Positions 1 to 9,353 of a stretch of 64,000 nt of DNA are shown here, in pieces. Each line of letters starts with the position of its first letter. Position 1 is the first letter of the stretch. The DNA comes from Longimicrobiales bacterium (GTDB lineage: Bacteria; Gemmatimonadota; Gemmatimonadetes; Longimicrobiales; Gaopeijiaceae). The notes beneath the pieces were generated by a model. It was not told the DNA's origin, made no database searches, and worked only from the letters and a program-made list of their open reading frames with translations. The stretch covers positions 128,001 to 192,000 of the forward strand of contig CBDDCX010000006.1 of the NCBI GenBank assembly GCA_965226375.1, given 5' to 3'. The translations under genes were made by a program, and so were the position numbers.

Positions 1-1523
1 GGGGGTTGTTGCTCGGGCACACCGAGCGACGCAGGGGCGAGTTATCCCTTCGGGCGGCCATCGGCGCGAGTAGGAGTCGTCTCGCTCGCCAACTCGTGAC
101 CGAGTCCACGATCATCGGCTTGTTGGGCGGTGGCGCCGCAGTGCTGTTCGGGCTGGTCGGCTTCAAGCTGCTGGTGGGCAGCCTGCCGATCTCACCGGGG
201 GATGCCCAGGCACTCGAGATGGATCGGGTATTTCTGCTCTTCACGCTGCTCCTTGGTGTGGGGGTCGGGGCGGTTGTCGGTCTGATCGCAGCGCTCGGAT
301 CGTCCGCCAAGACACCGGGCGGGAGTCGCGGCACGACTACCGGCGCCTCCCGCTCAGCAGCGCTGACCCAGAACGCACTGGTCATAGCACAGGTCGCCCT
401 TACCGTGCTGCTCGTCGGGGGAGCCGGCGTGATGGCGAGGAGCGTCGGCGAGCTCTCGATGATCGAGACCGGCCTCTCTCCCGGACAGGCCGTGGTCCTC
501 GATGTCGTCGCCGGCGCCGGGGATTATCCTGCCTCCGAACGCGGAGAGCTGTACGCCAACCTTCGTGGATTGATCGGTGAGATGCCCCAAACGGCCTCGG
601 TCGGCTTGAGCCAGAAGCTCCCGCTGAGAGGGAGCGGGTGGACCACGTCGGTGGTGGCTCCGGGAGTGTTGGATGAGCCGATGTTCGTTCCGATTCGGTT
701 CGTCACGCCGGGATATTTCGAGGCATTGGGCGTGCCGCTCGCCTCCGGGCGCCTTCCCGACTCGTTCATCGACCGAGCCGATGGTGCTCCGGTGGCCTGG
801 GTGAACCAAGCACTTGCCGAGAGGATTTGGCCCAGAGAGGATCCGGCCGGCCAGCGTTCGGTCACCGCTTGGGGAGCGAGCCGCCGCGTGGCGGGCGTAG
901 TGGGTAACGTTTCGGAAGGGAATCTGACAGATGCGGTTCTCCCTGCGATCTACGTTCTGATCGAGCAACATCCGCGGTTTCTGAGTTTTGCGATGGTCGC
1001 GCGACCCGTGCCCGGGGCGGGGCCGCAGTACCCGGCCCAGGTCGTGAACCTGTTGAGAGAGCGGGAGCCCCGCCTGGCCGTGAGGAGCGTCTCCACGTTT
1101 ACCGAGGTCGAGCAGGCCGCTCAGGGGGACACGCTCATGATCATGCGACTGCTGATCCTGCTCGGTGTGTTGGCGCTCATCGTCGGCGCCGTCGGCGTGC
1201 ACGGTGTCATCTCGCAGTGGGTCAGCGGGCGGATCCGAGGCTGGGCTGTAGCGCTCGCCCTGGGCGCCACCTCCGGGACTGTACTCCGGGAGGTGCTGAT
1301 ACGAAGCCTCTCGCTGACTGTGGCGGGCGTGGGTGCGGGGATCGTACTCTTCCTGATCGGCAGCTCTGCGCTCGAGTCCTTCCTGTTCGGCGTCGAGCGG
1401 ACCGACCCGGTATCTCTCGGCGCCACAGCAGCCTTGATCGTCGCTACGGGAGTACTGGCGGCCGCAGCCCCCGCTCTCCGTGCCGTTCGCACCGATCCCG
1501 TGACCCTGTTGAGGGGAGAATGA
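1..1523 (+). CDS. MacB/FtsX-family duplicated orphan ABC permease (ADOP-like), 5'-truncated by the window edge
   Basis: RRGELSLRAAIGASRSRLARQLVTES, LVIAQVALTVLLVGGAG, VTPGYFEALGVPL and the C-terminal PALRAVRTDPVTLLRGE are typical of this family. Confidence 0.9.
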   Translation, partial: GLLLGHTERRRGELSLRAAIGASRSRLARQLVTESTIIGLLGGGAAVLFGLVGFKLLVGSLPISPGDAQALEMDRVFLLFTLLLGVGVGAVVGLIAALGSSAKTPGGSRGTTTGASRSAALTQNALVIAQVALTVLLVGGAGVMARSVGELSMIETGLSPGQAVVLDVVAGAGDYPASERGELYANLRGLIGEMPQTASVGLSQKLPLRGSGWTTSVVAPGVLDEPMFVPIRFVTPGYFEALGVPLASGRLPDSFIDRADGAPVAWVNQALAERIWPREDPAGQRSVTAWGASRRVAGVVGNVSEGNLTDAVLPAIYVLIEQHPRFLSFAMVARPVPGAGPQYPAQVVNLLREREPRLAVRSVSTFTEVEQAAQGDTLMIMRLLILLGVLALIVGAVGVHGVISQWVSGRIRGWAVALALGATSGTVLREVLIRSLSLTVAGVGAGIVLFLIGSSALESFLFGVERTDPVSLGATAALIVATGVLAAAAPALRAVRTDPVTLLRGE

Positions 1524-1822
1524 CGCTCAATCGATCGTCCCTGCCATCCGCTCAGTTCCAGATCCTCCTGGCGCTAGCCGATGGCCCGAAGCCGGGCCAT
1601 GTCATCAACGAAGACATGCGCGTGAGGAGTGACGGCCGGTTGGCGATGGGACCGGGTACGCTGTATGGCGGGCTCAAGCGCCTGCTTCGGCGGGGGTGGG
1701 TGACCGAGGCCGACGGCGTCTATCAGATCACCGCGGAGGGTGCTGCGGCCTGCGAGCGAGAGATCGCCCGCATGAGCGCGATCCTCGGGATCGCGGCGGC
1801 GAAGGGGCTGGCGGCGCGCTGA
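1520..1822 (+). CDS. PadR-family transcriptional regulator
   Basis: ATG at 1520 overlaps the permease TGA (ATGA). Motifs FQILLALADGP, MGPGTLYGGLKRL and YQITAEG form the winged helix. Confidence 0.85.
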   Translation: MTLNRSSLPSAQFQILLALADGPKPGHVINEDMRVRSDGRLAMGPGTLYGGLKRLLRRGWVTEADGVYQITAEGAAACEREIARMSAILGIAAAKGLAAR

Positions 1823-1864
1823 GGGGGGAGCCGCTTGAGACGAGCCCCGCCGTCTCCGGGTGTG

Positions 1865-2851
1865 TTACCCGTCAATAACCCGTGTTTCCCGTTCGAGCTC
1901 GAGATCGTAAATGTAGAGACCGTACACACCGTCGACTGCCTTCGTGTAGGTCAGGAAACGCCCGTTTGGAGAAACACGCGCTCTGTTGACGAAGCCGCCG
2001 GTATTGGACACCGCGTTGCCGTCCTCGACCATGATGGTAGGGGCCGGTTGGCCGAGGCGCTGTCGCAACAGCGATCTTCCGTCTGAGTTGTCCCGGAAGA
2101 AGAACACCTCGCTGCCGTCCGAGCTCCAGCTTGCACCTTCGTCAGGAACCTCGTTCTGGGTGATGGGCGTAATGGTCCCGTCCGCGAGGTCCAAAACCAT
2201 GATCTCCGTCGACACATTGACATCGTTTCGTTCCTCGTCGGTCTGATCACGCCTGAACTTGTAGAGGGCCGTTGTCCGGACGAACAGAATCCGATCACCA
2301 TCGGGTGACCATTGGGGTGAGAAATCGTTGTACTGACCGTCCGTGACCCGCTCCCTCCCCAGTCCATCGGTGCCGACCACGTAGATACTGTGGACGAAAG
2401 GATTGATCTCGGGCCTCGACTGAAAGGCGATGCGGTCTCCATCCGGAGACCACGTGATGTCGTACTCCAGCGCGGCGCTCTCGTCGGTAACCCGTCTCTG
2501 GTCCGATCCGTCGGCGTTCATGATATGGATCTGAAGACTGATCGGTCGTTCGTCCCTTTGATCTCGTCGGTTCGAGAAGAAGGCGACTTTCCGGCCATCC
2601 GGAGACCAAACCGGACCCTCATCATTGTACTCGGCATCCGTAAGGCGGATGAGGTTGTGGCCGTCGACATCAACGGCGTAAATCGAGAACGCGCCATTAC
2701 TGCCAGACGAGAAAACGATTCTCTCACCGTCCGGCGACCAGTCCGGACTGAAATACATGACAGGGCTGCTTTCTTGAGCCCGAAGACCGGTCGGTAGTAG
2801 ACCAACAGAAAGAAGCAGTAGCTTCACGGATTTTAGTGACGACCCCTTCAT
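1865..2851 (-). CDS. Secreted TolB-like (PD40-repeat) beta-propeller protein
   Basis: Signal peptide ending LRA-QE and five W-S-P/S-D-G repeats. Confidence 0.85.
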   Translation of the reverse strand: MKGSSLKSVKLLLLSVGLLPTGLRAQESSPVMYFSPDWSPDGERIVFSSGSNGAFSIYAVDVDGHNLIRLTDAEYNDEGPVWSPDGRKVAFFSNRRDQRDERPISLQIHIMNADGSDQRRVTDESAALEYDITWSPDGDRIAFQSRPEINPFVHSIYVVGTDGLGRERVTDGQYNDFSPQWSPDGDRILFVRTTALYKFRRDQTDEERNDVNVSTEIMVLDLADGTITPITQNEVPDEGASWSSDGSEVFFFRDNSDGRSLLRQRLGQPAPTIMVEDGNAVSNTGGFVNRARVSPNGRFLTYTKAVDGVYGLYIYDLELERETRVIDG

Positions 2852-2930
2852 CCTCCCGTCCCTTTCCCGAGCATATAGCCGAATGACTTGTCACAGTGCC
2901 TCGGAGCGGCTCTCAGCAGCCAGTCGCCCT

Positions 2931-5606
2931 TTACTCCTCCCGCATCGCGTCGATCAGATCGCAGCGAGCGGCCTGCCTGGCCGGCAGGTAGCAACCCGCA
3001 AACGCCACGGCTGCGAGCGTCACGCACGCCCCAATGAACGTTCGCGGGTCCGTCGCACTTACACCGTAGAGCTGGCCCTGAAGAAAACGGGTGAGCCCGA
3101 GCGCCAACATCACCCCCAAGACGAGGCCGGCCACGGCGGCCGTCATCCCTTGGCGCAGGATCAGTTTGGTCACTCGCGAACCGGTAGCACCCAAGGCGAG
3201 CCGTATGCCCATCTCCCGGCGGCGCTGCGAGACGGTGTACGAGAGGACGCTGAAGATCCCGACGGCGGAGAGCACGAGCGCGAGCACGCTCAGCGTGCCC
3301 AGGAGCATCGCACCGGTACGGCGGTTCGCGCTTGCGGACGTGAGCAGATCGTCCAGCGTGTTGACGAGGTAGATCGGAAGTCCGGTCGCCTCGAAGACTT
3401 CACGGCGGAGAATAGGGATCATCTGCTCCGGGTCAGCCGTTGTTCGAACTGTGAGGGTCCGGGGCCGCGTGTCGTCGATCTCGTAATAGTTCTGGAGATC
3501 GGGCTCGAGATCCAGCCCGCCAAGCCGTACGTCCTCGACCACACCGATGATCCGAATCGGGTTCCCACCATTGATGAGGCGCTGGCCGACCGGATCCGAG
3601 TCGGGCCAGTAGCGTTCGGCGAGCGTCTCATTGATGAGAGCAACGATCTCAGGAGCGGTGTGGTCCTCTGGTAGAAACGAACGACCCCGGATGAGACGTG
3701 ATCCGACCGTGGAGAAGTAGTGCATATCGACGCCCTTGAGCAGTGCGCGTGGCGCCTGTCCTTCCGGAAACGGGTCGCGGCCTTCGATCCCCAGCAGCGA
3801 GGAGAAGGGACTCGTCAGTGGGTTGGAGAAGGAGCTCGCGGCGGAGACCACGCCCGGTACCGAACGCAGCCGCTCCGTCAGGTCGTTGTACATGCCCCGG
3901 ATCTCGGCGTCATCTGGAAAACGATTCTCCGTGATGTTCATCTCGAACGTCAGCAGGTTTTCCGGATCGACGCCGGTATCCACATTGAGTAGCCCCACCA
4001 AGCTCTGGATCATCAGACCGGCCCCCACCAGGAGCACGACCGACAGGGCGAACTGACCCACCGAGAGCAGGTTGCGACCGTGGCGGCCAGCTCCGCCCGA
4101 CGTCACGCCGAGGGAATTTCTACCCAGCATGCCGTGTACGCTGGTGCGCACGACCTGGAAGGCAGGGGGTGCTCCGACGAGCACGGCGCCGAGAGACCCC
4201 ACTACGCCTGTGAACGCCAGGACCCTCCAGTTTAGGGCGACCTCTTGGGCCAAGGGCGCCCCCTCGAACCAGATACCCACAAGGATCTGGATGCCCAACC
4301 ATCCCGTGCCGACTCCCAGCCCCACGGCCAGGCCGGTGATCAGCAGGGCCTCGCCAATCGCCATGCGGAATAGGCGTCCGCGTCCCGCACCGATCGCGGC
4401 GCGCACCGTGAACTCCTTGCTGCGCGTCGTGGCGCGAGCCAGCCCGAGCGCAGCCACGTTGGCCGTTGCGATGAGCATTACCAGACCCACGGCCCCCAGA
4501 AGAGCGAGCAGCAAGGCAGCCGAGTCGCCCCCAAAGCGCTCGCCCAGCGGGACGATCGCCACACCCCTGGACGTGCCGTGCTCCTCATTGAGCCGCACCA
4601 CGATCGCGCTCAGCTCTTCGAGCGCCGCGGTCGGACCCACACCGGGAGCAACCCGGACGGCCACGTCGAGCCAGTGGTTGGCGCGGCCACTCCAGAAGGG
4701 TACTCGCTCGATAGGCCGCCAGATATCGGTGGGGTCCGTCCGATCGAGGAGTCGGTTCGCTGTGAGATCTCCCGCGTGGGGCGCGGCGACCCCGACGACC
4801 TCGTGTGCCTCGTAATCCAGCACGATGGTGCTGCCGATCATGTCGGGATCGGCCTCGAATCGATTCACCCAGAGCCGGTAGCTCATCACCGCCACGGGCG
4901 ACGCGTCGTCCAGGTGCTCCACCGGTGAGAAGAATCTCCCCAGGAAGGGCTGCGCGCCCACTAGGTCGAAATAGTCGCGGCTGACGAGTCCGCCTGGGAG
5001 CCAGTCCGCCCGGTTGCCCTGGCTCAACGTGACACCGCCCTCCTCGAACGCGACCATGCGCTCGAACAGTGTGCTGCGCTCTCGCCAATCGAGGAACTCC
5101 GCCCAACTGACTCGTCCGTAGTCGCCGGTCACCGGTGCGGTCTCGTAGACCTCGTAGGTGCGATCCGCATCGGGGATGGGCAGGGCGCGCAACACGAACG
5201 TGTCCACCATCGAGAAGACCGCAGTGTTCGCACCGATCGCCAGCGCCAACGTCAAGACCGATACGCCGGCGAAGGCCGGACTCCGCAGTAGCGCTCGAGC
5301 CGCAAATCTCAAATCGTCAACGCAGGCCATCATCCCTCTCCCGTCCAAGTTCCTATGCCGCGTTTGTCGTACGGTGTGCCGAAGTGCCAACAGGTGCCAA
5401 GGGGCCAGTTCAGCCAGGAGTCGCCGCCGGGCCCGGACGAGTCCGAGACGCTCCACGTCGCGCCGGTAGGCCGATTCGATGTCCGTCATCACCACGGCTC
5501 GGACGTGCTCGGGAATCACGAGGCGAAGGAGCAGGTGAACCCACCGAGGGAGCGGACTGGCGTGTTTCGTGCCTTTGCTGCTGTCCTGCGGGCCAGAGGT
5601 CCTCAT
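2931..5606 (-). CDS. Duplicated orphan ABC permease (ADOP-like) with N-terminal prefix domain
   Basis: Start chosen at ATG 5606, which overlaps the PadR stop (ATGA). Motifs DDLRFAARALLRSP, LALAIGANTAVFS and SQRRREMGIRLALGA. Confidence 0.9.
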   Translation of the reverse strand: MRTSGPQDSSKGTKHASPLPRWVHLLLRLVIPEHVRAVVMTDIESAYRRDVERLGLVRARRRLLAELAPWHLLALRHTVRQTRHRNLDGRGMMACVDDLRFAARALLRSPAFAGVSVLTLALAIGANTAVFSMVDTFVLRALPIPDADRTYEVYETAPVTGDYGRVSWAEFLDWRERSTLFERMVAFEEGGVTLSQGNRADWLPGGLVSRDYFDLVGAQPFLGRFFSPVEHLDDASPVAVMSYRLWVNRFEADPDMIGSTIVLDYEAHEVVGVAAPHAGDLTANRLLDRTDPTDIWRPIERVPFWSGRANHWLDVAVRVAPGVGPTAALEELSAIVVRLNEEHGTSRGVAIVPLGERFGGDSAALLLALLGAVGLVMLIATANVAALGLARATTRSKEFTVRAAIGAGRGRLFRMAIGEALLITGLAVGLGVGTGWLGIQILVGIWFEGAPLAQEVALNWRVLAFTGVVGSLGAVLVGAPPAFQVVRTSVHGMLGRNSLGVTSGGAGRHGRNLLSVGQFALSVVLLVGAGLMIQSLVGLLNVDTGVDPENLLTFEMNITENRFPDDAEIRGMYNDLTERLRSVPGVVSAASSFSNPLTSPFSSLLGIEGRDPFPEGQAPRALLKGVDMHYFSTVGSRLIRGRSFLPEDHTAPEIVALINETLAERYWPDSDPVGQRLINGGNPIRIIGVVEDVRLGGLDLEPDLQNYYEIDDTRPRTLTVRTTADPEQMIPILRREVFEATGLPIYLVNTLDDLLTSASANRRTGAMLLGTLSVLALVLSAVGIFSVLSYTVSQRRREMGIRLALGATGSRVTKLILRQGMTAAVAGLVLGVMLALGLTRFLQGQLYGVSATDPRTFIGACVTLAAVAFAGCYLPARQAARCDLIDAMREE

Positions 5607-5788
5607 CGCGTGGCTCCGTCCGCAGCAGAGGGCATGCCCTCCCACATGCGTTCCCACTGACGGCGCACCTCTTCCAGGGCCTCGTCACCCGCCTCGGTTA
5701 TGCGGAAGTGACGTCTGGCTTTTCCGCCTCGGACCGGGGTCGGATCACCGAGCTGCGAGCTGAGGAATCCTTTTGTTTCCAGCCGCAT
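5603..5788 (-). pseudogene. 3' remnant of a PadR regulator
   Basis: MRLETKGFLSSQLGDPTPVRGGKARRHFRITEAG aligns by eye with the C-half of the intact PadR at 12032-12367 (RMERKGLIRSDVGSPTPERGGRAKRFYEL). The N-terminal helix-turn-helix is absent. Confidence 0.8.
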
Positions 5789-5789
5789 G

Positions 5790-7437
5790 GGAGTCCCTGG
5801 TAGGAAACGTCCGGCCGGCGCTGCTGATGTTGATGGGAGCGGTGGGCCTGGTCCTCCTGATAGTCTGCGCCAACGTGGCGAATCTCCTATTGGCGCGGAC
5901 GGCGGCACGTGATCGTGAGGTAGCAGTTCGCATCGCTCTGGGAGCCGGGCGCTTACGACTCGTCCGGCAGCTTCTCACCGAGAGCGTGCTGCTGGCAGTG
6001 GTGGGCGGGTTGGCGGGAGTCGGGTTGGCGTATGGCGGTCTACGTGTCATCCTCGCCTTGGCGCCATCCCAAGCCGTCCCCCGGGTCACCGAGATCAGCA
6101 TGGACGGCCGAATCCTTGCGGTCATGGCCGCCGTGACGTTGGCCACTGCCGTACTGTTCGGTCTGGTTCCCGCGCTCAAGAGATCACGCTCGCGTTTGGC
6201 CCACACCATGAAGGAGGGCACTCGGGGCATGCGGGCTATGCCGGGTGGACGCCGTCGGGGATCTCTCGTGGTGTTGGAGACGGCGGTGGCCATGGTGCTC
6301 GTCGTCGCGTCGGGCCTGCTCATCCGGAGCTTCGCGGCCGTCCAGTCGGTCGATCCGGGGTTCGATCCGGACGGTCTTTGGGAGATCTCACTCTCGTTAC
6401 CGTTTACCCAATATCCGAGCGAGCGCTGGCCCGAGGTGGAGACGTTCTTTGATCAGGTCACGCGCCGGACGCGTGAAATGCCGGGTGTCCGTGACGCCGC
6501 TATTGCGTACGCGGGTCCGACGAACCCGAGTTGGACGATTGGCTTTTGGGTCGACGGGCGCCCGGAACCCGCCGGAAACGTGCGGCCCGAGGCACAATAC
6601 CGCCCGGTCTCTCCAGGCTACTTCCGGACCGCAGGCATCCCCCTCGTACGTGGTCGTGATTTCACCGACCTCGACGATTCGAAGTCCACGGGTGTGGTGA
6701 TCGTGAATCAGGCGTTCGCCGACCAGCACTTTCCCGGCGAGGACCCCATCGGCCAGGTACTACTGATCGGCAGCTGGTGGGAGGATATCGCGATCGCCCG
6801 CTGGGAGGTTGTCGGGCTGGCGCCGAACGTCCGCTATTTCGGTCGTGAGTCCGAGACGCTCCCGGGTTACTACTTTCCCCACGCTCAGCGCCCCATGACG
6901 GACATGGTGCTCCTGGTACGGGTCGACGGCGACATTGCCGATGTGTTGCCGTTGATTCGCCAGGAGGTCTGGAGTTTCGACGGGAGCGTGCCGGTGGAGA
7001 GAGTCTCGCCGAGCGAGCAGGCCCTGGTAACCTCGGTGGCCGGTCGGCGCTTCAACACGATCCTTCTGGGCGTCTTCGGCGGAGTGGCTCTGCTGCTGGC
7101 GGCCGTCGGTCTGTACGGCGTTCTGTCCTACACGGTGTCCCAGAGGACCCATGAGATGGGAGTGCGGGTGTCCTTGGGTGCTCAGCCCGCAGATGTCCGA
7201 CGACTGGTGGTCATGCAGGGGCTTAGACTCGCCCTCGGGGGCCTCGCGCTGGGCCTCGTTGCGGCCTTCGGATTCAGTCGCCTCGCGTCGTCCCTCCTGT
7301 TCGGGGTCACGGAGGGTGACCCGGTCACGTTGGCGACCGTCTCTGGTCTGCTGATCGGGGTCGCGGTTCTGGCCAGTTACCTCCCGGCGCGTCGGGCCAC
7401 ACGGATCGATCCCGTGACGGCATTGAGAGCGGACTAG
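5790..7437 (+). pseudogene. 5'-truncated duplicated orphan ABC permease
   Basis: Begins abruptly at ESLVGNVRPALLML (just before TM2) and lacks the N-terminal third seen in its paralogues. No start codon or RBS; it abuts the PadR remnant head to head. Confidence 0.8.
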
Positions 7438-7599
7438 TGTCCAGACCCGGGTAGGGATCCGGAGTGTGCAAGTCTTCACCCTTCGATCGTCATCAGATAC
7501 GTAGGGCGGCTCCAAGGGGTCGTCCGTGGGGTAACTGAGCCAAGCCTCGGAGCCCCAACGGGAGAGATTCGCTCTCCGATGTGATCGAATGAGGACGCC

Positions 7600-8106
7600 G
7601 TGGACGCTGACTGGGCAGAGCTCTACCGAACGACGCTGCCGGATCTGGTTCGCTTTCTGCACCGCAAGGTGTGGGATTTGGAGCGTGCCAAGGACCTGGC
7701 ACAGGAGACGTTCGTCCGGGCGTTACGGGAGCAACCGGACAAGCCCCGCGCGTGGCTTTTTACGGTTGCGGCCAACCTGGCCCGTGACGAGGCGCGAACC
7801 GCCATACGGCGCAAGAAACACCTCACGCTACTCAAGTCCGAGGCGGAAGTGCGTGGGCCGGCCCCCGATCCGCAGGCGGAGCTCGAACGGGGGGAGCGCG
7901 AGGCGGAGGTGCGGAGGGCTCTGGAGTCCCTGGGGGAGAGAGACCGTGAGGCCCTTCTCCTGTGGGATGCGGGGCAGAACTACGAAGACATCGCAGAGGC
8001 GCTGGACCTGGCGGTGGGCGCGGTGGGAACCACGCTCGCCCGTGCCCGGCAGCGGCTCGTGAAGGCGCATGGAGACTTGGAGCAATCAGATGTCGCACGT
8101 CGGTAA
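7600..8106 (+). CDS. ECF sigma-70 factor
   Basis: Region 2 AKDLAQETFVRA..RAWLFTVAANLARD and region 4 YEDIAEALDLAVGAVGTTLARAR. GAGG RBS precedes the GTG. Confidence 0.9.
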   Translation: MDADWAELYRTTLPDLVRFLHRKVWDLERAKDLAQETFVRALREQPDKPRAWLFTVAANLARDEARTAIRRKKHLTLLKSEAEVRGPAPDPQAELERGEREAEVRRALESLGERDREALLLWDAGQNYEDIAEALDLAVGAVGTTLARARQRLVKAHGDLEQSDVARR

Positions 8107-9307
8107 GGGAGATATCCACGCCTACCTCGACGGCGCCCTGGGCGCCTATCCCGAGGGTGAGGCCAATCGCGTGGGACAGCACCTGGACGAGTGCGAGGCG
8201 TGCGCTCGATCCTTGGATGAAGAGCGAGAGCTCCGTATGGTCGCGTCGGAAATTCTGGCCGCTACGGCCGAGGCTCCCATGGACCTGGCACCGTTCGAAG
8301 AACTGGTGGCAGGGGCGGACGAGGCAGAGTCGACCCGCCCGTCCGGCGGGACGTCGAAGTTCAGGGTGCTCCGCATGGCCGCCACGGTGGTGATTTCCCT
8401 CGGTGCCGGATGGATGGCCCATGATCTGACCGGACCCGGCAGCGAACTGGCAACCGCGCCTGCGCTCGACGCGGTGCGAACCCAGGAGGGCGTTCCGTCG
8501 CGAGCTGACGAGGCCCTGAATCCGTTCCAGGCCGAGCCCGAACTCAGGCAGGCCGATCAGGGCGACTTTACCGCCCAGGTTGCGTCACCCGTGCAGTCGC
8601 AGGACCTCGACGCCGAGGCGGTGCCACCCATTGCCTGTGCGGCACTCTCCGACGTGGTAATAGCGCCGACCGACGCGCCGGCCGCCGCGGTCCCCATGGA
8701 GTCCGCCGATGAGGTTGAGGCCGGACGGCGCGACGCGGTCGGCGGCGCTCTCCGGTTGGATCAGCAGCGAGCGTCCGAGGCAGCGCCCCAAGCGGCCGGA
8801 CCAGCCGCTCCCCTGGAGCGGAGAAGGCGCGAGGCGGTCGACCCGACCAGCGTCATGGACAACCGAGCTGTCACGGGAGTGGCCAGAGGCGTGGCTGCCT
8901 CCGTCCTGGCGGAGGATGTCACGAAGTCCAATCAGGATGAGCTGTTCGCGGACAATGCCAACGCGATGAGTCTCAATGAAATGTCAGTCACCGGGCGCAC
9001 GAGCTCCTTCGTCATCCCAGGCCTCTCGATCCGGGACGTCCGGTTCGGGGGAGGCGCCGAGGGTTTCGATTCTGCGGTGACGATCATTCAGGAGCTCCCG
9101 GACGGGCGCGTCGTGGAGTTGCGCTTCGTACCCACCCTGGCGGAGCGAGACACATCGAGGGACGCTGAGGGGATCCCCGTCGCACGCCTCCCGGACGGGT
9201 GGAACCAGGTCGTTCGAGAACTCCTGGATGGTCTGGCTATTCTCCGCGGCCCGCTCGGTGAAGCCGAGTTATCCGAACTACTCGACCAGGCGCTCGCCCG
9301 GCGCTGA
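8090..9307 (+). CDS. Zinc-binding (HxxxCxxC) transmembrane anti-sigma factor
   Basis: HLDECEAC motif, one TM segment (MAATVVISLGAGWMA), overlaps the sigma gene end. Confidence 0.8.
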   Translation: MSHVGKGDIHAYLDGALGAYPEGEANRVGQHLDECEACARSLDEERELRMVASEILAATAEAPMDLAPFEELVAGADEAESTRPSGGTSKFRVLRMAATVVISLGAGWMAHDLTGPGSELATAPALDAVRTQEGVPSRADEALNPFQAEPELRQADQGDFTAQVASPVQSQDLDAEAVPPIACAALSDVVIAPTDAPAAAVPMESADEVEAGRRDAVGGALRLDQQRASEAAPQAAGPAAPLERRRREAVDPTSVMDNRAVTGVARGVAASVLAEDVTKSNQDELFADNANAMSLNEMSVTGRTSSFVIPGLSIRDVRFGGGAEGFDSAVTIIQELPDGRVVELRFVPTLAERDTSRDAEGIPVARLPDGWNQVVRELLDGLAILRGPLGEAELSELLDQALARR

Positions 9308-9353
9308 GCCCGCCGCTTTCCGATGCCTGCCGGTGGGTCGGTCCCCCGAGGCC

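Noticed and set aside
7467..7492. TGCAAG-N15-CGTCA as an autoregulatory ECF promoter
   Set aside because: Imperfect -35 and short spacer, too weak to call without TSS data.
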